64,000 nt of DNA, taken from assembly GCA_964490845.1 (NCBI GenBank), contig CAZBED010000003.1, positions 194,255 through 258,254 on the forward strand. The letters run 5' to 3'. The DNA is from an uncultured Chitinophagales bacterium. Lineage in GTDB: Bacteria; Bacteroidota; Bacteroidia; Chitinophagales; JADIYW01. Positions 19,152 to 28,512 of the stretch are shown one piece after another; the stretch's first letter is position 1, and every line of letters starts with the position of its first letter. Under the pieces are notes generated by a model. It was not told the DNA's origin. It worked only from the letters and a program-made list of their open reading frames with translations, and made no database searches. The translations under genes and the position numbers were made by a program.

Positions 19152-20417
19152 ATGACCTTACCTGCTATACACGAAATAGACAATATCATCTTTCCGGAAC
19201 CGGAACATTTTACTTTGCCCAACCGTATTCCAATGTACGGATTCAACGGCACCAAAAACGATATCCTGCGTGTGGACCTTGTTTTTAATGCAGGCAGATG
19301 GACGGAAAACAAACCTTTGCAGTCGGCATTTGTAGCCAGCCTGTTCAAGAGCGGCACATCACACAAAAATTCGTTCGAAATTAACGATATGATTGAATCT
19401 CTCGGCAGCACCATCAAAACCGGCTCAGGTTATAATTCGTTCACGGTTGCGATTTACTGCATGAACCGGTTTCTGGAGCAGACATTGTCATACGCGTTGC
19501 TATGCCTGAACGAATGTACCTTTCCGGAAAAAGAACTGGAGCATCAGAAAAGAAAATCATTAGCCAACCTGTCTCTTTCGCTTGAAAAAAACGACTATAT
19601 CGCGGATAATACGTTCAAGAAAGAAATCTTCGGGGCTGCGCACCCCTACGGGTATGAAACCAACAAAGAGGCCATTGAGCAACTGACACAGGACGACCTT
19701 TTTCACTATTACAGACAAGAACTGATACCGGAAAAATGTACGGTTTTCATTTCAGGAAAATACGGAAAGAAGGAGCTTGATATTTTGCACCGGACTTTGG
19801 GGGGATGGAAACGGGATACCGTCATTACATCCGCTACTGAAACCACAGAGGGTTTTCCTTCATTTAAACGAAAAACGATTCATATTCCAAAAGCCGACTC
19901 CGTTCAGGCCTCCATCATAATAGGCAATACGCTTTTTACTAAAGAGCATACTGATTATGCTGCATTCGTTCTACTGAATACCATTTTTGGCGGCTATTTC
20001 GGATCACGCCTGATGAGTAATATCCGCGAAGAAAAAGGGCTTACTTACGGCATCCATTCTGGATTATTTACGATGAGGTATGCCGGTTTGTTTTCTATTC
20101 AGACTGATACCAATCTGGAGAATCTGGGAATCTGCCTTCGTGAAATATATTCAGAGATAGAGCGTTTACAAAATGAGCGTATTCCGGAAGCGGAAATTTC
20201 CTTAGCCAGAAATTATTTGCTGGGGAAATTCCTGAGCAGAACAGACGGCCCTTTCAATCAGGCGGAAGTATTCAAGAGTTACAGCATAGAAAATGTTAAT
20301 ATTCACAAATTCTCCGAAATCGTGGAAACATTAAGACAGACAGATGCCGTATCTTTACAACTACTGGCGCAACAGTATCTCCGGAAAGAGAATATGCTGG
20401 AAGTAACTGTTGGCTGA
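19152..20417 (+). CDS. M16-family peptidase-like protein (no HxxEH motif; probable non-catalytic partner)
   Basis: Same length (421 aa) and architecture as the upstream M16 gene but lacking HxxEH. Starts 6 nt after it. Confidence 0.8.
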   Translation: MTLPAIHEIDNIIFPEPEHFTLPNRIPMYGFNGTKNDILRVDLVFNAGRWTENKPLQSAFVASLFKSGTSHKNSFEINDMIESLGSTIKTGSGYNSFTVAIYCMNRFLEQTLSYALLCLNECTFPEKELEHQKRKSLANLSLSLEKNDYIADNTFKKEIFGAAHPYGYETNKEAIEQLTQDDLFHYYRQELIPEKCTVFISGKYGKKELDILHRTLGGWKRDTVITSATETTEGFPSFKRKTIHIPKADSVQASIIIGNTLFTKEHTDYAAFVLLNTIFGGYFGSRLMSNIREEKGLTYGIHSGLFTMRYAGLFSIQTDTNLENLGICLREIYSEIERLQNERIPEAEISLARNYLLGKFLSRTDGPFNQAEVFKSYSIENVNIHKFSEIVETLRQTDAVSLQLLAQQYLRKENMLEVTVG

Positions 20418-20428
20418 TCTAATAAATT

Positions 20429-20737
20429 ATGTTGTTACGTAATACTGATATACTTAACTTTTTAACACAACACAAGGTTGAGTTGCGCAGATACAATATT
20501 AAACGTATCGGATTGTTTGGATCGTATGCACGCAATAACGCATCAGAGAATAGTGATATTGATTTTCTCGTAGAATATCAACAGGGTAAAAAGAGTCTGA
20601 ATAATTTTTTAGAACTAATAGACTTCTTAGAAATGTCATTCCATAAAGACGTAGAATTGGTAACAAAAGAATCGGTAAGTAAATATATTTTCCCATACAT
20701 AGAAAAAGAAATACAATATGTACAAATCATCGATTGA
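20429..20737 (+). CDS. mntA: MntA-type minimal nucleotidyltransferase antitoxin (type VII TA system)
   Basis: 102 aa. Pol-beta-like NTase motif GLFGSYARN...SDIDFLV. Overlaps the downstream DUF86 gene by 20 nt. Confidence 0.85.
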   Translation: MLLRNTDILNFLTQHKVELRRYNIKRIGLFGSYARNNASENSDIDFLVEYQQGKKSLNNFLELIDFLEMSFHKDVELVTKESVSKYIFPYIEKEIQYVQIID

Positions 20738-21068
20738 AATAATCAGGCATATTTATATCGAAGCAAAATATATCGTCGAATCCTCAGAAAATAAAAGTTA
20801 TGATGATTTATGCAATGATGAGACGTGGAAGAGAGCCATCATCAGAAGTTTGGAAATTATAGGGGAGGCTTCAAAAAAGATAGATGAAGAGACTAAAGAT
20901 AAATTCTTTTTCGTAAAGTGGGGAAAGATGGCAAAAATGCGAGACAAGCTGATTCATGATTACTTCGGAGTCGATTACGAAATTGTCTGGGATGTTATAT
21001 CAAACAAAATTCCTGAACTATATCATCAATTAAATGAAATCTTATCAGAGGAAGATGGAAACAGATAA
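20718..21068 (+). CDS. hepT: HepT-type (DUF86/HEPN) RNase toxin
   Basis: 116 aa. HEPN Rx4HxY motif in RDKLIHDY. Paired with MntA. Confidence 0.85.
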   Translation: MYKSSIEIIRHIYIEAKYIVESSENKSYDDLCNDETWKRAIIRSLEIIGEASKKIDEETKDKFFFVKWGKMAKMRDKLIHDYFGVDYEIVWDVISNKIPELYHQLNEILSEEDGNR

Positions 21069-22890
21069 CATTAACCACAGAAGGCTTGTATTTAAGTATT
21101 TATATTTAACCATCTTATGGTCTCTTTGTATTTTATATACCTCCATTAGCTTTTCCCAAACGGAGTACGAAGCGCCGAAATTGGTTTGTGTACGCAACAA
21201 TGCCAGTCAGATGGAACTCAACTGGACATTGCCTGTAAGTCCTAATCCTTGCTTTACCGGATATGAAATCTACACGTCTGTCGGAAGTAAGAATGGCCCT
21301 TATACCTTAGACACCACGCTTACCAATCCATTGCAAACTACGGTACTGCTTTCTGTCGTAAGCGGTAGTCAGACTGTACACTTTTTTATGGTTAACCGAG
21401 GCAGTTGCAACAATCCTTCGCCACCTGCCAGAACAACTTCCGATACACTAAATAATGAAAAACCTCAACCCTTTACCGTCATCATCAATGCCACCGTCAT
21501 CAACGGAGAGGTGCAGCTGAATTGGGTACCCGCTCCTTCACCTGAGGTGAGCGCTTATCTGATTTATAACGACAGGGATGGTTTTACCACGCCCGACACC
21601 ATTTTCGGCCGATTGAATACGACTTATACGGATACAGATAATAACCCGGATGCATCGGCCATCCGATACAAAGTTCGTTCCCTTGAATTTTGTGAAGACC
21701 CGGCCGGCCTTCAGGGTGCCATTACTCCTGATAGCGCCGACCATCGCACCATGCTGATGCAGGTGACAGCTCCGGACCGATGCACGCAGACAGCCAATGT
21801 ATCCTGGCAGGCTTATAAAATTGGAAGCGCGCAGGTAGTCAACTATGAAATTGAAAGAAGCATCAACCACGGCGCTTTTACCACTGCCGGCAATGTTACC
21901 GCTTCCACTACAAATTTCCTTTTACAAAATATCCCGTTCAGAGACACTGTATGTGTTCGAATCAAAGCTAACTTGCCCAATGGCAGCACTTCCTTTTCCA
22001 ATGAACGATGCTTCAGTGCAGATGTCATTCAGAAGCCTGTCAATGATTATATCCGCAACATCAGCGTAGAGAACGGCAATATCATTATCGACTACAAACG
22101 AGATACGGCCGCCGCGCCGCCAAAGACCATCATCCTGCAAAGAAGCAATGACGGTATTGTTTTTTCGCCCATTATCAATATTCCGGACGAACCAGATCCG
22201 TCTACTTACCTTTTCGCGGACGAGGGGCTGGAAGTAAACAATCAAACATTCACTTACAGAGTCAATTTAGTGGATAGCTGTTTCAGCACACATTCTTCCG
22301 ATACAGCTACTACTTTACGCATCGGAATAAAGAAAAAAAGCAATAATAAAGCAGATGTGTTGTGGAGTGGTTTTGAGGTTCAAAATATCACTTTTCAGCA
22401 TTTTGTCCTGGAAAAAATTACAGGAACAGATACTGTGGAAGCAGGCACCTTCAGCAGAGCCCAAACCTCCTATCTGGAGAACAGTCTTTTCGATTACTCC
22501 AGGGATTCTTTAGCTGAAGTGTGTTACCGGATTACCGCTTTTTTTACCAACAACAATGACAAGGCGCCACGGGAAATCTTAGCCAGTCATTCCAACGTCG
22601 TATGTGTACAACCTGAGCCTAAAGCATTTATTCCTCAGGCATTTGTTCCGGATGGTGTGAACAATACATTCAAGCCTTTTCTATTGTATGCACAAACTGA
22701 TGGCTATGAGTTTAAAATTTTCGACCGATGGTATCAGTTGGTTTTTTCCACCAATGATGTTAATGCAAGCTGGGACGGGATTTTCCGGGACGCAAAGGCA
22801 CCACTTGATTCGTATGTTTATATACTGAAATACAAAGGAAAAAACAATCAGGATTATACCCAGACGGGCACGGTATTGCTGCTCCGTTAA
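21055..22890 (+). CDS. T9SS cargo protein with repeated Fn3/Ig-like modules and a type-B (CHU_C) C-terminal sorting domain
   Basis: Signal-like N-terminus. The C-terminus IPQAFVPDGVNNTFKPF...FKIFDRWYQLVF...WDG...YVYILKY matches the gliding-motility-associated C-terminal domain. The start is ambiguous (ATG 21034 or 21055); both overlap the hepT 3' end. Confidence 0.8.
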   Translation: METDNINHRRLVFKYLYLTILWSLCILYTSISFSQTEYEAPKLVCVRNNASQMELNWTLPVSPNPCFTGYEIYTSVGSKNGPYTLDTTLTNPLQTTVLLSVVSGSQTVHFFMVNRGSCNNPSPPARTTSDTLNNEKPQPFTVIINATVINGEVQLNWVPAPSPEVSAYLIYNDRDGFTTPDTIFGRLNTTYTDTDNNPDASAIRYKVRSLEFCEDPAGLQGAITPDSADHRTMLMQVTAPDRCTQTANVSWQAYKIGSAQVVNYEIERSINHGAFTTAGNVTASTTNFLLQNIPFRDTVCVRIKANLPNGSTSFSNERCFSADVIQKPVNDYIRNISVENGNIIIDYKRDTAAAPPKTIILQRSNDGIVFSPIINIPDEPDPSTYLFADEGLEVNNQTFTYRVNLVDSCFSTHSSDTATTLRIGIKKKSNNKADVLWSGFEVQNITFQHFVLEKITGTDTVEAGTFSRAQTSYLENSLFDYSRDSLAEVCYRITAFFTNNNDKAPREILASHSNVVCVQPEPKAFIPQAFVPDGVNNTFKPFLLYAQTDGYEFKIFDRWYQLVFSTNDVNASWDGIFRDAKAPLDSYVYILKYKGKNNQDYTQTGTVLLLR

Positions 22891-23820
22891 TTATACAGGA
22901 ATCTTCACATCAAATGTCCGCTTCTCTTTATTCAGCATAGAAAAATCCCGGATCCAAGGATTGTAGATACGCAGCATTTTATAGCTGATGTTATTTTGTT
23001 TGGCAAAATCTACCCAGTTTACCATTCCCGACACTTGCTGAGTCGTTGATTGCAATTCGGGATATAAATCTTCCTTGTTCAGATACAATCCATAATCTTT
23101 CTGATGCTGGTGAATGATTTTGAGCGCTACAATACGCTGCACATATCTGCTGGTTTCGGAATTCAGCAACAAGTGATAATAGGCTGTTTCTCCCTGTAAG
23201 CTCTGTTGCCGAATAACTCCTGAAACACCCATATTATAAGCCGCTGCCGCCGCTGTCCAGGAGCCTGTTTTTTGTTTGGAATCTTTCAGATACCGGCATG
23301 CCGCTTTAGTAGCTTTTTCAATATTATACCGTTCATCTATTTCATTGTTAACCAACAGGCCATATTGTATACCGGTTACTTTCATAATCTGCCAGAACCC
23401 GCTGGCTCCGGAAGGGGATACCACATTATCAAATCCGCTTTCCGCCATACACAGGTATTTAAAATCATCCGGAATGGTATCTTCTTTTAACATTTTCTCA
23501 ATAGTTGGCAACCATCGGTTGGCACGTTTAAACATCAGGATGGTGGAAGACTGCCAGTAGGCGTTTACTGTCAGTTCCCTGTCGAGCCGTTCCCGCACTT
23601 CAGGGTCATCCAGCAGCACCGGTTCGCCGGCAAAATCAACGGCAGCAGGAATTTTGACGGCATAGGTCGTTTGCACCGGCAGTGCCAGATTTTCTTGTTT
23701 TTCCTTCGTCTTTATGAACGGGAAATAAGCATTGAATCCGTCTGTGGTGGCATTGATAAATAATGCCATGATGGCGAAGGCGAAAAAACCGAGTGCGAAA
23801 GAGATGCTGTTTTTATTCAT
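22891..23820 (-). CDS. Lytic transglycosylase (SLT domain, MltD-like)
   Basis: N-terminal TM/signal. Motifs CMAESGF, GFWQIM and AAAAYNMG are typical of family 1 lytic transglycosylases. The stop codon abuts the stop of the convergent T9SS gene with 0 nt between them. Confidence 0.85.
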   Translation of the reverse strand: MNKNSISFALGFFAFAIMALFINATTDGFNAYFPFIKTKEKQENLALPVQTTYAVKIPAAVDFAGEPVLLDDPEVRERLDRELTVNAYWQSSTILMFKRANRWLPTIEKMLKEDTIPDDFKYLCMAESGFDNVVSPSGASGFWQIMKVTGIQYGLLVNNEIDERYNIEKATKAACRYLKDSKQKTGSWTAAAAAYNMGVSGVIRQQSLQGETAYYHLLLNSETSRYVQRIVALKIIHQHQKDYGLYLNKEDLYPELQSTTQQVSGMVNWVDFAKQNNISYKMLRIYNPWIRDFSMLNKEKRTFDVKIPV

Positions 23821-23885
23821 AGGTTAGTTATTATAAATAATCGCCTAACTCTACAGATATAGGAAAGTTGATAATGAAAAGTAAA

Positions 23886-23912
23886 ACGTCATTCCCTTGT
23901 AAAAGGGAATCC
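23886..23912. repeat. REP-like hairpin repeat unit, forward
   Basis: ACGTCATTCCCTTGTAAAAGGGAATCC. Internal perfect 8-bp stem ATTCCCTT/AAGGGAAT with a GTAA loop. Confidence 0.65.
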
Positions 23913-23931
23913 CACAACAAAGCCATTATGA

Positions 23932-23957
23932 GATTCCCGCTTTCGCGAGAATGACGG
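23932..23957. repeat. REP-like hairpin repeat unit, inverted
   Basis: GATTCCCGCTTTCGCGAGAATGACGG, reverse complement CCGTCATTCTCGCGAAAGCGGGAATC. Inverted partner of 23886-23912. Confidence 0.65.
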
Positions 23958-24009
23958 TATTACTTTCCTATATCCATAGAGTCAGAAACAATCATATTCG
24001 TATAAAAAT

Positions 24010-24059
24010 AACAGATTACATGAGTATTTCTTTTTTTAGCTGATTCCCAGTAATCTGTT
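24010..24059 (-). terminator. Candidate long-loop hairpin downstream of the DUF2480 gene
   Basis: Perfect 10-bp inverted repeat AACAGATTAC (24010-24019) / GTAATCTGTT (24050-24059) with a 30-nt loop. Followed on the minus strand by ATTTTTATA. The loop is long for a canonical terminator. Confidence 0.3.
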
Positions 24060-24081
24060 TTATAACGCTGTATCGAATAAC

Positions 24082-24588
24082 TTATTTCTTCTTATACACC
24101 GGTACGGTAGAGCAAGGTTCACCGAACATCAACGATTTTACAACAGGCTGCAATTTTTTGGTGATCTCCAGATACGCTTCCCCGCTCACCGTCTTGGTGC
24201 CGCATCCCTTGATTACCACACGTTCATCGCTGTATTTCTTTTCGTCGATATTTTTCAGGTTTAGTAAAAACAACCTTTGTTCCACTTCTTCTTTGGTGCC
24301 GAAAAAAAAGCGGGTGTTGTTATTACCAAGATACGTTGCCACCAGCATCCAGGCCCATTGCGGGATAATGGCATCTGAAGAACAAAACACCGCCACAGTT
24401 TTATCCTGGCAGACAGTCCAGTCCTTCGCCTTAAGGGCAGCACGAAATTCCGCTTCTTTCAGGATTAACCCGCGGAATAAAAAATCTTTGAGGTCTATTG
24501 ACACTATTTCCTCTTTTGGAAAGAAATCTTCCAGGTCGAGCGTAATCAACCCGCTTTGCGCCACTTTATTGATTAGTATTTCCGTCAT
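24082..24588 (-). CDS. DUF2480-family protein
   Basis: Start set at ATG 24588 (MTEILINKVAQSGLITLDLEDFFP...). This N-terminal pattern and the ~170-aa size match what I remember of DUF2480. Last gene of the ppiD block. Confidence 0.65.
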   Translation of the reverse strand: MTEILINKVAQSGLITLDLEDFFPKEEIVSIDLKDFLFRGLILKEAEFRAALKAKDWTVCQDKTVAVFCSSDAIIPQWAWMLVATYLGNNNTRFFFGTKEEVEQRLFLLNLKNIDEKKYSDERVVIKGCGTKTVSGEAYLEITKKLQPVVKSLMFGEPCSTVPVYKKK

Positions 24589-24620
24589 GCTATTGCAATA
24601 TACCAAATTCCTGTAAAACA

Positions 24621-24648
24621 AGAAACGGAACCTTGCGGTTCCGTTTCT
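24621..24648 (-). terminator. Hairpin terminator downstream of ppiD-like
   Basis: Perfect 12-bp stem AGAAACGGAACC / GGTTCCGTTTCT with loop TTGC, 46 nt after the stop. Followed on the minus strand by TGTTTT. Confidence 0.65.
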
Positions 24649-24693
24649 TTATTGATTATAGAGATTCCCAATCGGGTTGGGGATGACGTTTGG

Positions 24694-26865
24694 CTAATAA
24701 AACTTGTAACGTGTATCCGTAACATCCGCTTTTTTCATAATCGCTTCAAAGATGGTCTGGAAATTCAGACGGCTGATGAACATGCTTTGCATTTGTTTTT
24801 TATACATGCTGATGTCTCCTGCTATTTCCGGTGACTGCGCATCCACATATTTAGGTTGAACGATAAACGCGAATTTGTCGCCGGCCACTGCCTTAGATGT
24901 TTTGCCAACCGGCACACCCAATGTCGTACCTACCAGTTTCGGCTCGTTGCCCACTCCCTGAATATATCCGGAAGACAAACGCACCAATGCGGTATCCATT
25001 ACAACAGCATCTTTCACCTTGGCTGCAATCGCCGCTAAGTCGGTGGTTCCTGCAGCAGCGCTGTTTAACTGCGCTACCAAATCTTTTCCTTTTTTCTCAT
25101 TGCGCAGTATCAGTGAAATTTCTTCCCTTACCTCTTCCGCTTTTGGTAATCCTTTGGCGACTACTTTATTCAGCTTCGCAATCACATATTTGTTATCGGC
25201 GTCAAAGAAATCAATCACATTGGGTTTTTCCTGCTGGAAGGCCCATTGTACCATTTTGCGGGCGGAGCCTATCTGCGGCACTTCCACCATATTTTGAGTC
25301 AGTGTAATATTTTTAAAATAGGCCTGTGTCTTGGCGGCTTTATCAAACTGTTCCGGCGTCTGGTTTTTTTGCTGGAATGAAACCGCATTATCATACGCTA
25401 ACTTCTCCGTTTCATTGCTTGGCACCAGTTCTACCGCGAAATCGGCAAATTTAGTAAGCACTTTCGGGGCTTTAGCATCTATCAACAGGATGATATGCAA
25501 GCCATACGGAGTCTCCACTTTCGCAATCTGACCCGGTGCCATGCCGCTGTAAAATACTTTATCGTTGAATGCCTTGACCATTTGTCCGCGCGTGAAATAC
25601 CCTAAATCCCCGCCTTTACTACGAGAACCTTCATCTTTTGAATTTTCAACGGCAACCTGTCCGAAATTTTTGGCGCCGGACTGAATCACCCTGATTAAGC
25701 TGTCGGCAAGGGTATTTGCTGATTTTTTCTCCTCCTCGCTTCCGTTACCCTCAGGCAAAAGGATATGCGCGGCACGAACGGTATCCGGCGCTACTCTTCG
25801 GTCAAGAATTTTAGTGAACATATAAAAGGAACCTTCCGGCTGGATTTCCGTAAGCGTGCCCACCGGCAGTGAGAACAAAGCCTCCGCATCGCGTTTGGTT
25901 TGCAGCACTTCCTCTTTGGAGTAATAATTCAGGTTGTCGCCTTGCTGGGAGTTTCTTGCGATAAAAGCGGAATCCTTAGGCAAAGAAGCCAGATAGCCAT
26001 CGCGTAATTCTTTTATTTTAGCGAGTATTTGCGCCGTATCATCCGACGAAGGCAAGATATCGAAAGCTACTACATCTACCACACGGGCTGCCTCCTGCTC
26101 GTATTTCGCTTTGTTTTCTTTCAGGTATGCAGAAATCTCGTCGTCGGTGATTTTGTATTTATCGTCTGGCAGAGAGGTATATGGCACACTCACAAAAGAC
26201 ACTTTGGCAGTACGGCCTGAATTGAGCACTTCTTTAGCCATGAATGTCGGCATATAATAAGACTGGGCAATCAGCGACGCATATTTTTGTTTCACCTGGT
26301 CGTCCTGAATCAGTTGTTCTATATGACCAAGAAGTTCTCTGTAGTTGGATTTATTTTGTTTGTCGATTTGGTCAATATTGGTAATAAACTCTCTCACCTT
26401 TCCCTGATCCAGCTGGCCGGTCTGCTGATTGATGATATCTGGTTTTACTTCCCTCACTTTCATCAGAAAACGCTGTGCCAGCGGATGCGGCTGTGGTCCC
26501 CACATCAGGTCTGCAATTTCTCCCTGAGATAAGCCTAGGCCTAAAGAAGCATATGATTTTCCTAACAGCAGATTGGCAGCCATGGTATTCCAAACCTCTT
26601 CCTGTATCTGGGAACGCAACTGGTCGGTCAGTTGTGCGCCTGGATTAATCAGTTTTAAGCCTTCTTCGTAATTGGTGATGGCTTTTCCATAATCATTTAC
26701 CTGAATGCTCTTTCCGTTTACTTTTCCAACAGCTGTTTTTTTACCTCCCCCGCCGAATAAAGAGTTTCTTTCCAAGGCTGCTTCGATAATAAAGATGAAT
26801 AACGCTACCGCAATAAATCCTACTAAAATCCACGAGCGTTGTCTTATTTTTCCAATAATTGCCAT
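24694..26865 (-). CDS. ppiD: Periplasmic chaperone / peptidyl-prolyl isomerase, PpiD-like (N-terminal TM anchor, SurA-like and parvulin domains)
   Basis: 723 aa. N-terminal TM helix and parvulin motif GGDLGYFTRGQMVKAFNDKVF. Confidence 0.8.
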   Translation of the reverse strand: MAIIGKIRQRSWILVGFIAVALFIFIIEAALERNSLFGGGGKKTAVGKVNGKSIQVNDYGKAITNYEEGLKLINPGAQLTDQLRSQIQEEVWNTMAANLLLGKSYASLGLGLSQGEIADLMWGPQPHPLAQRFLMKVREVKPDIINQQTGQLDQGKVREFITNIDQIDKQNKSNYRELLGHIEQLIQDDQVKQKYASLIAQSYYMPTFMAKEVLNSGRTAKVSFVSVPYTSLPDDKYKITDDEISAYLKENKAKYEQEAARVVDVVAFDILPSSDDTAQILAKIKELRDGYLASLPKDSAFIARNSQQGDNLNYYSKEEVLQTKRDAEALFSLPVGTLTEIQPEGSFYMFTKILDRRVAPDTVRAAHILLPEGNGSEEEKKSANTLADSLIRVIQSGAKNFGQVAVENSKDEGSRSKGGDLGYFTRGQMVKAFNDKVFYSGMAPGQIAKVETPYGLHIILLIDAKAPKVLTKFADFAVELVPSNETEKLAYDNAVSFQQKNQTPEQFDKAAKTQAYFKNITLTQNMVEVPQIGSARKMVQWAFQQEKPNVIDFFDADNKYVIAKLNKVVAKGLPKAEEVREEISLILRNEKKGKDLVAQLNSAAAGTTDLAAIAAKVKDAVVMDTALVRLSSGYIQGVGNEPKLVGTTLGVPVGKTSKAVAGDKFAFIVQPKYVDAQSPEIAGDISMYKKQMQSMFISRLNFQTIFEAIMKKADVTDTRYKFY

Positions 26866-26890
26866 AAACTATCTTGATTTTTAAAGAGTG

Positions 26891-26898
26891 CAAAGATA
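26891..26898 (-). promoter_or_regulatory. -7 promoter box (TATCTTTG) upstream of ppiD-like
   Basis: Plus strand CAAAGATA, 26 nt upstream of ATG 26865. Confidence 0.5.
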
Positions 26899-26971
26899 GG
26901 ATTTAATTTGAAAATGTACTAATCTGAAGGTTTGAAAATAAGCCGGGAGGCAGATTTTATTTGGGTATAAG

Positions 26972-28237
26972 CTACTGACTATCAGTATTTTCAGTGATAA
27001 TTAATTTTACCGTTTCTATTTTGGTATCTGAAACGTCCATTATTTTGAACTGGTATTTGCCGATTTCTATCACTTCGTTATTCTCCGGTATGGTTTCGTG
27101 GTGGTTCAGGATAAAGCCGGAAAGTGTGTCATAATCCCCTTCCGGAATGTCTAAATTGTATTCTTCGTTGATGCGGTCAATTTCCAGTCTTCCGGAGAGA
27201 ATAAACTCATTTTTAGACAACTGATTCCCGACCAGCTCATCCTTGTCATATTCATCCTCTATTTCCCCGAAAATTTCTTCGAGAATATCTTCCAGTGTAA
27301 TCACACCGGCTGTACCTCCGTATTCATTGACCACCCATGCAATACTTTTGTTTTCCTTGATAAATTCGTTCAGCAGTTTTTGGATATGCATTGTCTCCGG
27401 CACCACCTTTATAGGCATCAGAATTTCTGATATTACCTTTGGTTTTTTATGTAAATCAAAGTGGTGGATATAGCCTACCATTTTATCTACCGAATCCTTG
27501 AAGACCAGGATGCGGGAATGATAGGTTTTTATAATCAGTTGTTTAAGTTCATCCACCGAATCTGTTATATCAATGGCGGTAATTTCGCGGCGTGGCACCA
27601 TACAATCCCGCACTCTTAATTTTTTCAGATAGAGTGCGTTTTCAAAGAGTTCGGTATCCACTTCTTCCTCTTCAGATTCGCCATCCGTCTGATTATGGTC
27701 CTTAATAAACTTCTCCAAATCCACGCTGGAGAATTCAATGTCCTGCTGCGAAACCTTTACGCCTGCAACCTTGAACAACAAGGTGGAAATGCCCGTTATC
27801 AGGAGGACTCCGGGGGTAAGCACCCAGTGAATAATCCTGAAAGGAACGGCCATCACGGGTAAAATGATATCGGCAAAAACCTTGAATAGAACCTTAGGAA
27901 TAAATTCTCCCAATATCAGCACAACCGTTGTGGTAATCACAGTTTGTATGACCAAAATCAGGAACGTGGAAGCCAGGTAACCTTCCAGCAATGGTTCAAG
28001 TAAGGAGGCCGTCAGGATACCAAAAGAAATCAACGCGATATTATTTCCTAACAGGGTTGTAATTATAAATTTGGATGGGTTCTTAATGTAGTCATTCAGG
28101 ATTTTACCGGAAAGCGTGCCGCGCTGATAACTCAATTCAATCTTCAGCCTGTTAGCGGAAAGAAAGGCAATTTCTATTCCGGAAAATATAGCAGAAAAAA
28201 CCAGCGTAAGAATAATTAAAAAAATGGTCAGCCCCAT
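26972..28237 (-). CDS. CNNM/CorC-HlyC family membrane protein (DUF21 - CBS pair - CorC_HlyC; GldE-like)
   Basis: Four N-terminal TM helices, a CBS-pair region (VRDCMVPRREI...), and a C-terminal transporter-associated domain. Confidence 0.8.
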   Translation of the reverse strand: MGLTIFLIILTLVFSAIFSGIEIAFLSANRLKIELSYQRGTLSGKILNDYIKNPSKFIITTLLGNNIALISFGILTASLLEPLLEGYLASTFLILVIQTVITTTVVLILGEFIPKVLFKVFADIILPVMAVPFRIIHWVLTPGVLLITGISTLLFKVAGVKVSQQDIEFSSVDLEKFIKDHNQTDGESEEEEVDTELFENALYLKKLRVRDCMVPRREITAIDITDSVDELKQLIIKTYHSRILVFKDSVDKMVGYIHHFDLHKKPKVISEILMPIKVVPETMHIQKLLNEFIKENKSIAWVVNEYGGTAGVITLEDILEEIFGEIEDEYDKDELVGNQLSKNEFILSGRLEIDRINEEYNLDIPEGDYDTLSGFILNHHETIPENNEVIEIGKYQFKIMDVSDTKIETVKLIITENTDSQ

Positions 28238-28244
28238 AGCAACA

Positions 28245-28252
28245 CAAAGGTA
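28245..28252 (-). promoter_or_regulatory. -7 promoter box (TACCTTTG) just upstream of the CNNM gene
   Basis: Plus strand CAAAGGTA. Only 7 nt separate the box from ATG 28237. Confidence 0.45.
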
Positions 28253-28320
28253 ATAAGAATTGGTAATGCTTTTACCTGTTTCCCGGTAATATCAGCAAGA
28301 GGCATCGCCTCCGCGGCTTT

Positions 28321-28512
28321 TCAGGGCCTAATGTTCCTTTTTTTTCTGTAATAAAGAACATATGCAACAGATACGGCTAAGATGATATACAGCATCCAGT
28401 CCTTACCATGAAAAAATCCATAACGAGCTGTCCTGACAACAAGGATGATCAGCGTAACAAGAGCAAGCAACAGCCACCGCAACACATCTTTATTCCTGAA
28501 ATCCCTTAGCAT
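28321..28512 (-). CDS. Possible small two-TM membrane protein (63 aa)
   Basis: ORF track only. Two hydrophobic helices (WLLLALVTLIILVV and MLYIILAVSVAYVLYY). The start overlaps the LptC-like stop by 23 nt. No family recognised. Confidence 0.35.
   Translation of the reverse strand: MLRDFRNKDVLRWLLLALVTLIILVVRTARYGFFHGKDWMLYIILAVSVAYVLYYRKKRNIRP

Noticed and set aside
24158-24616. 152-aa plus-strand ORF
   Set aside because: It is antisense to the DUF2480-like gene. Its Ser/Leu/Arg-rich composition points to a shadow frame, and the minus-strand frame fits the operon structure and terminator.
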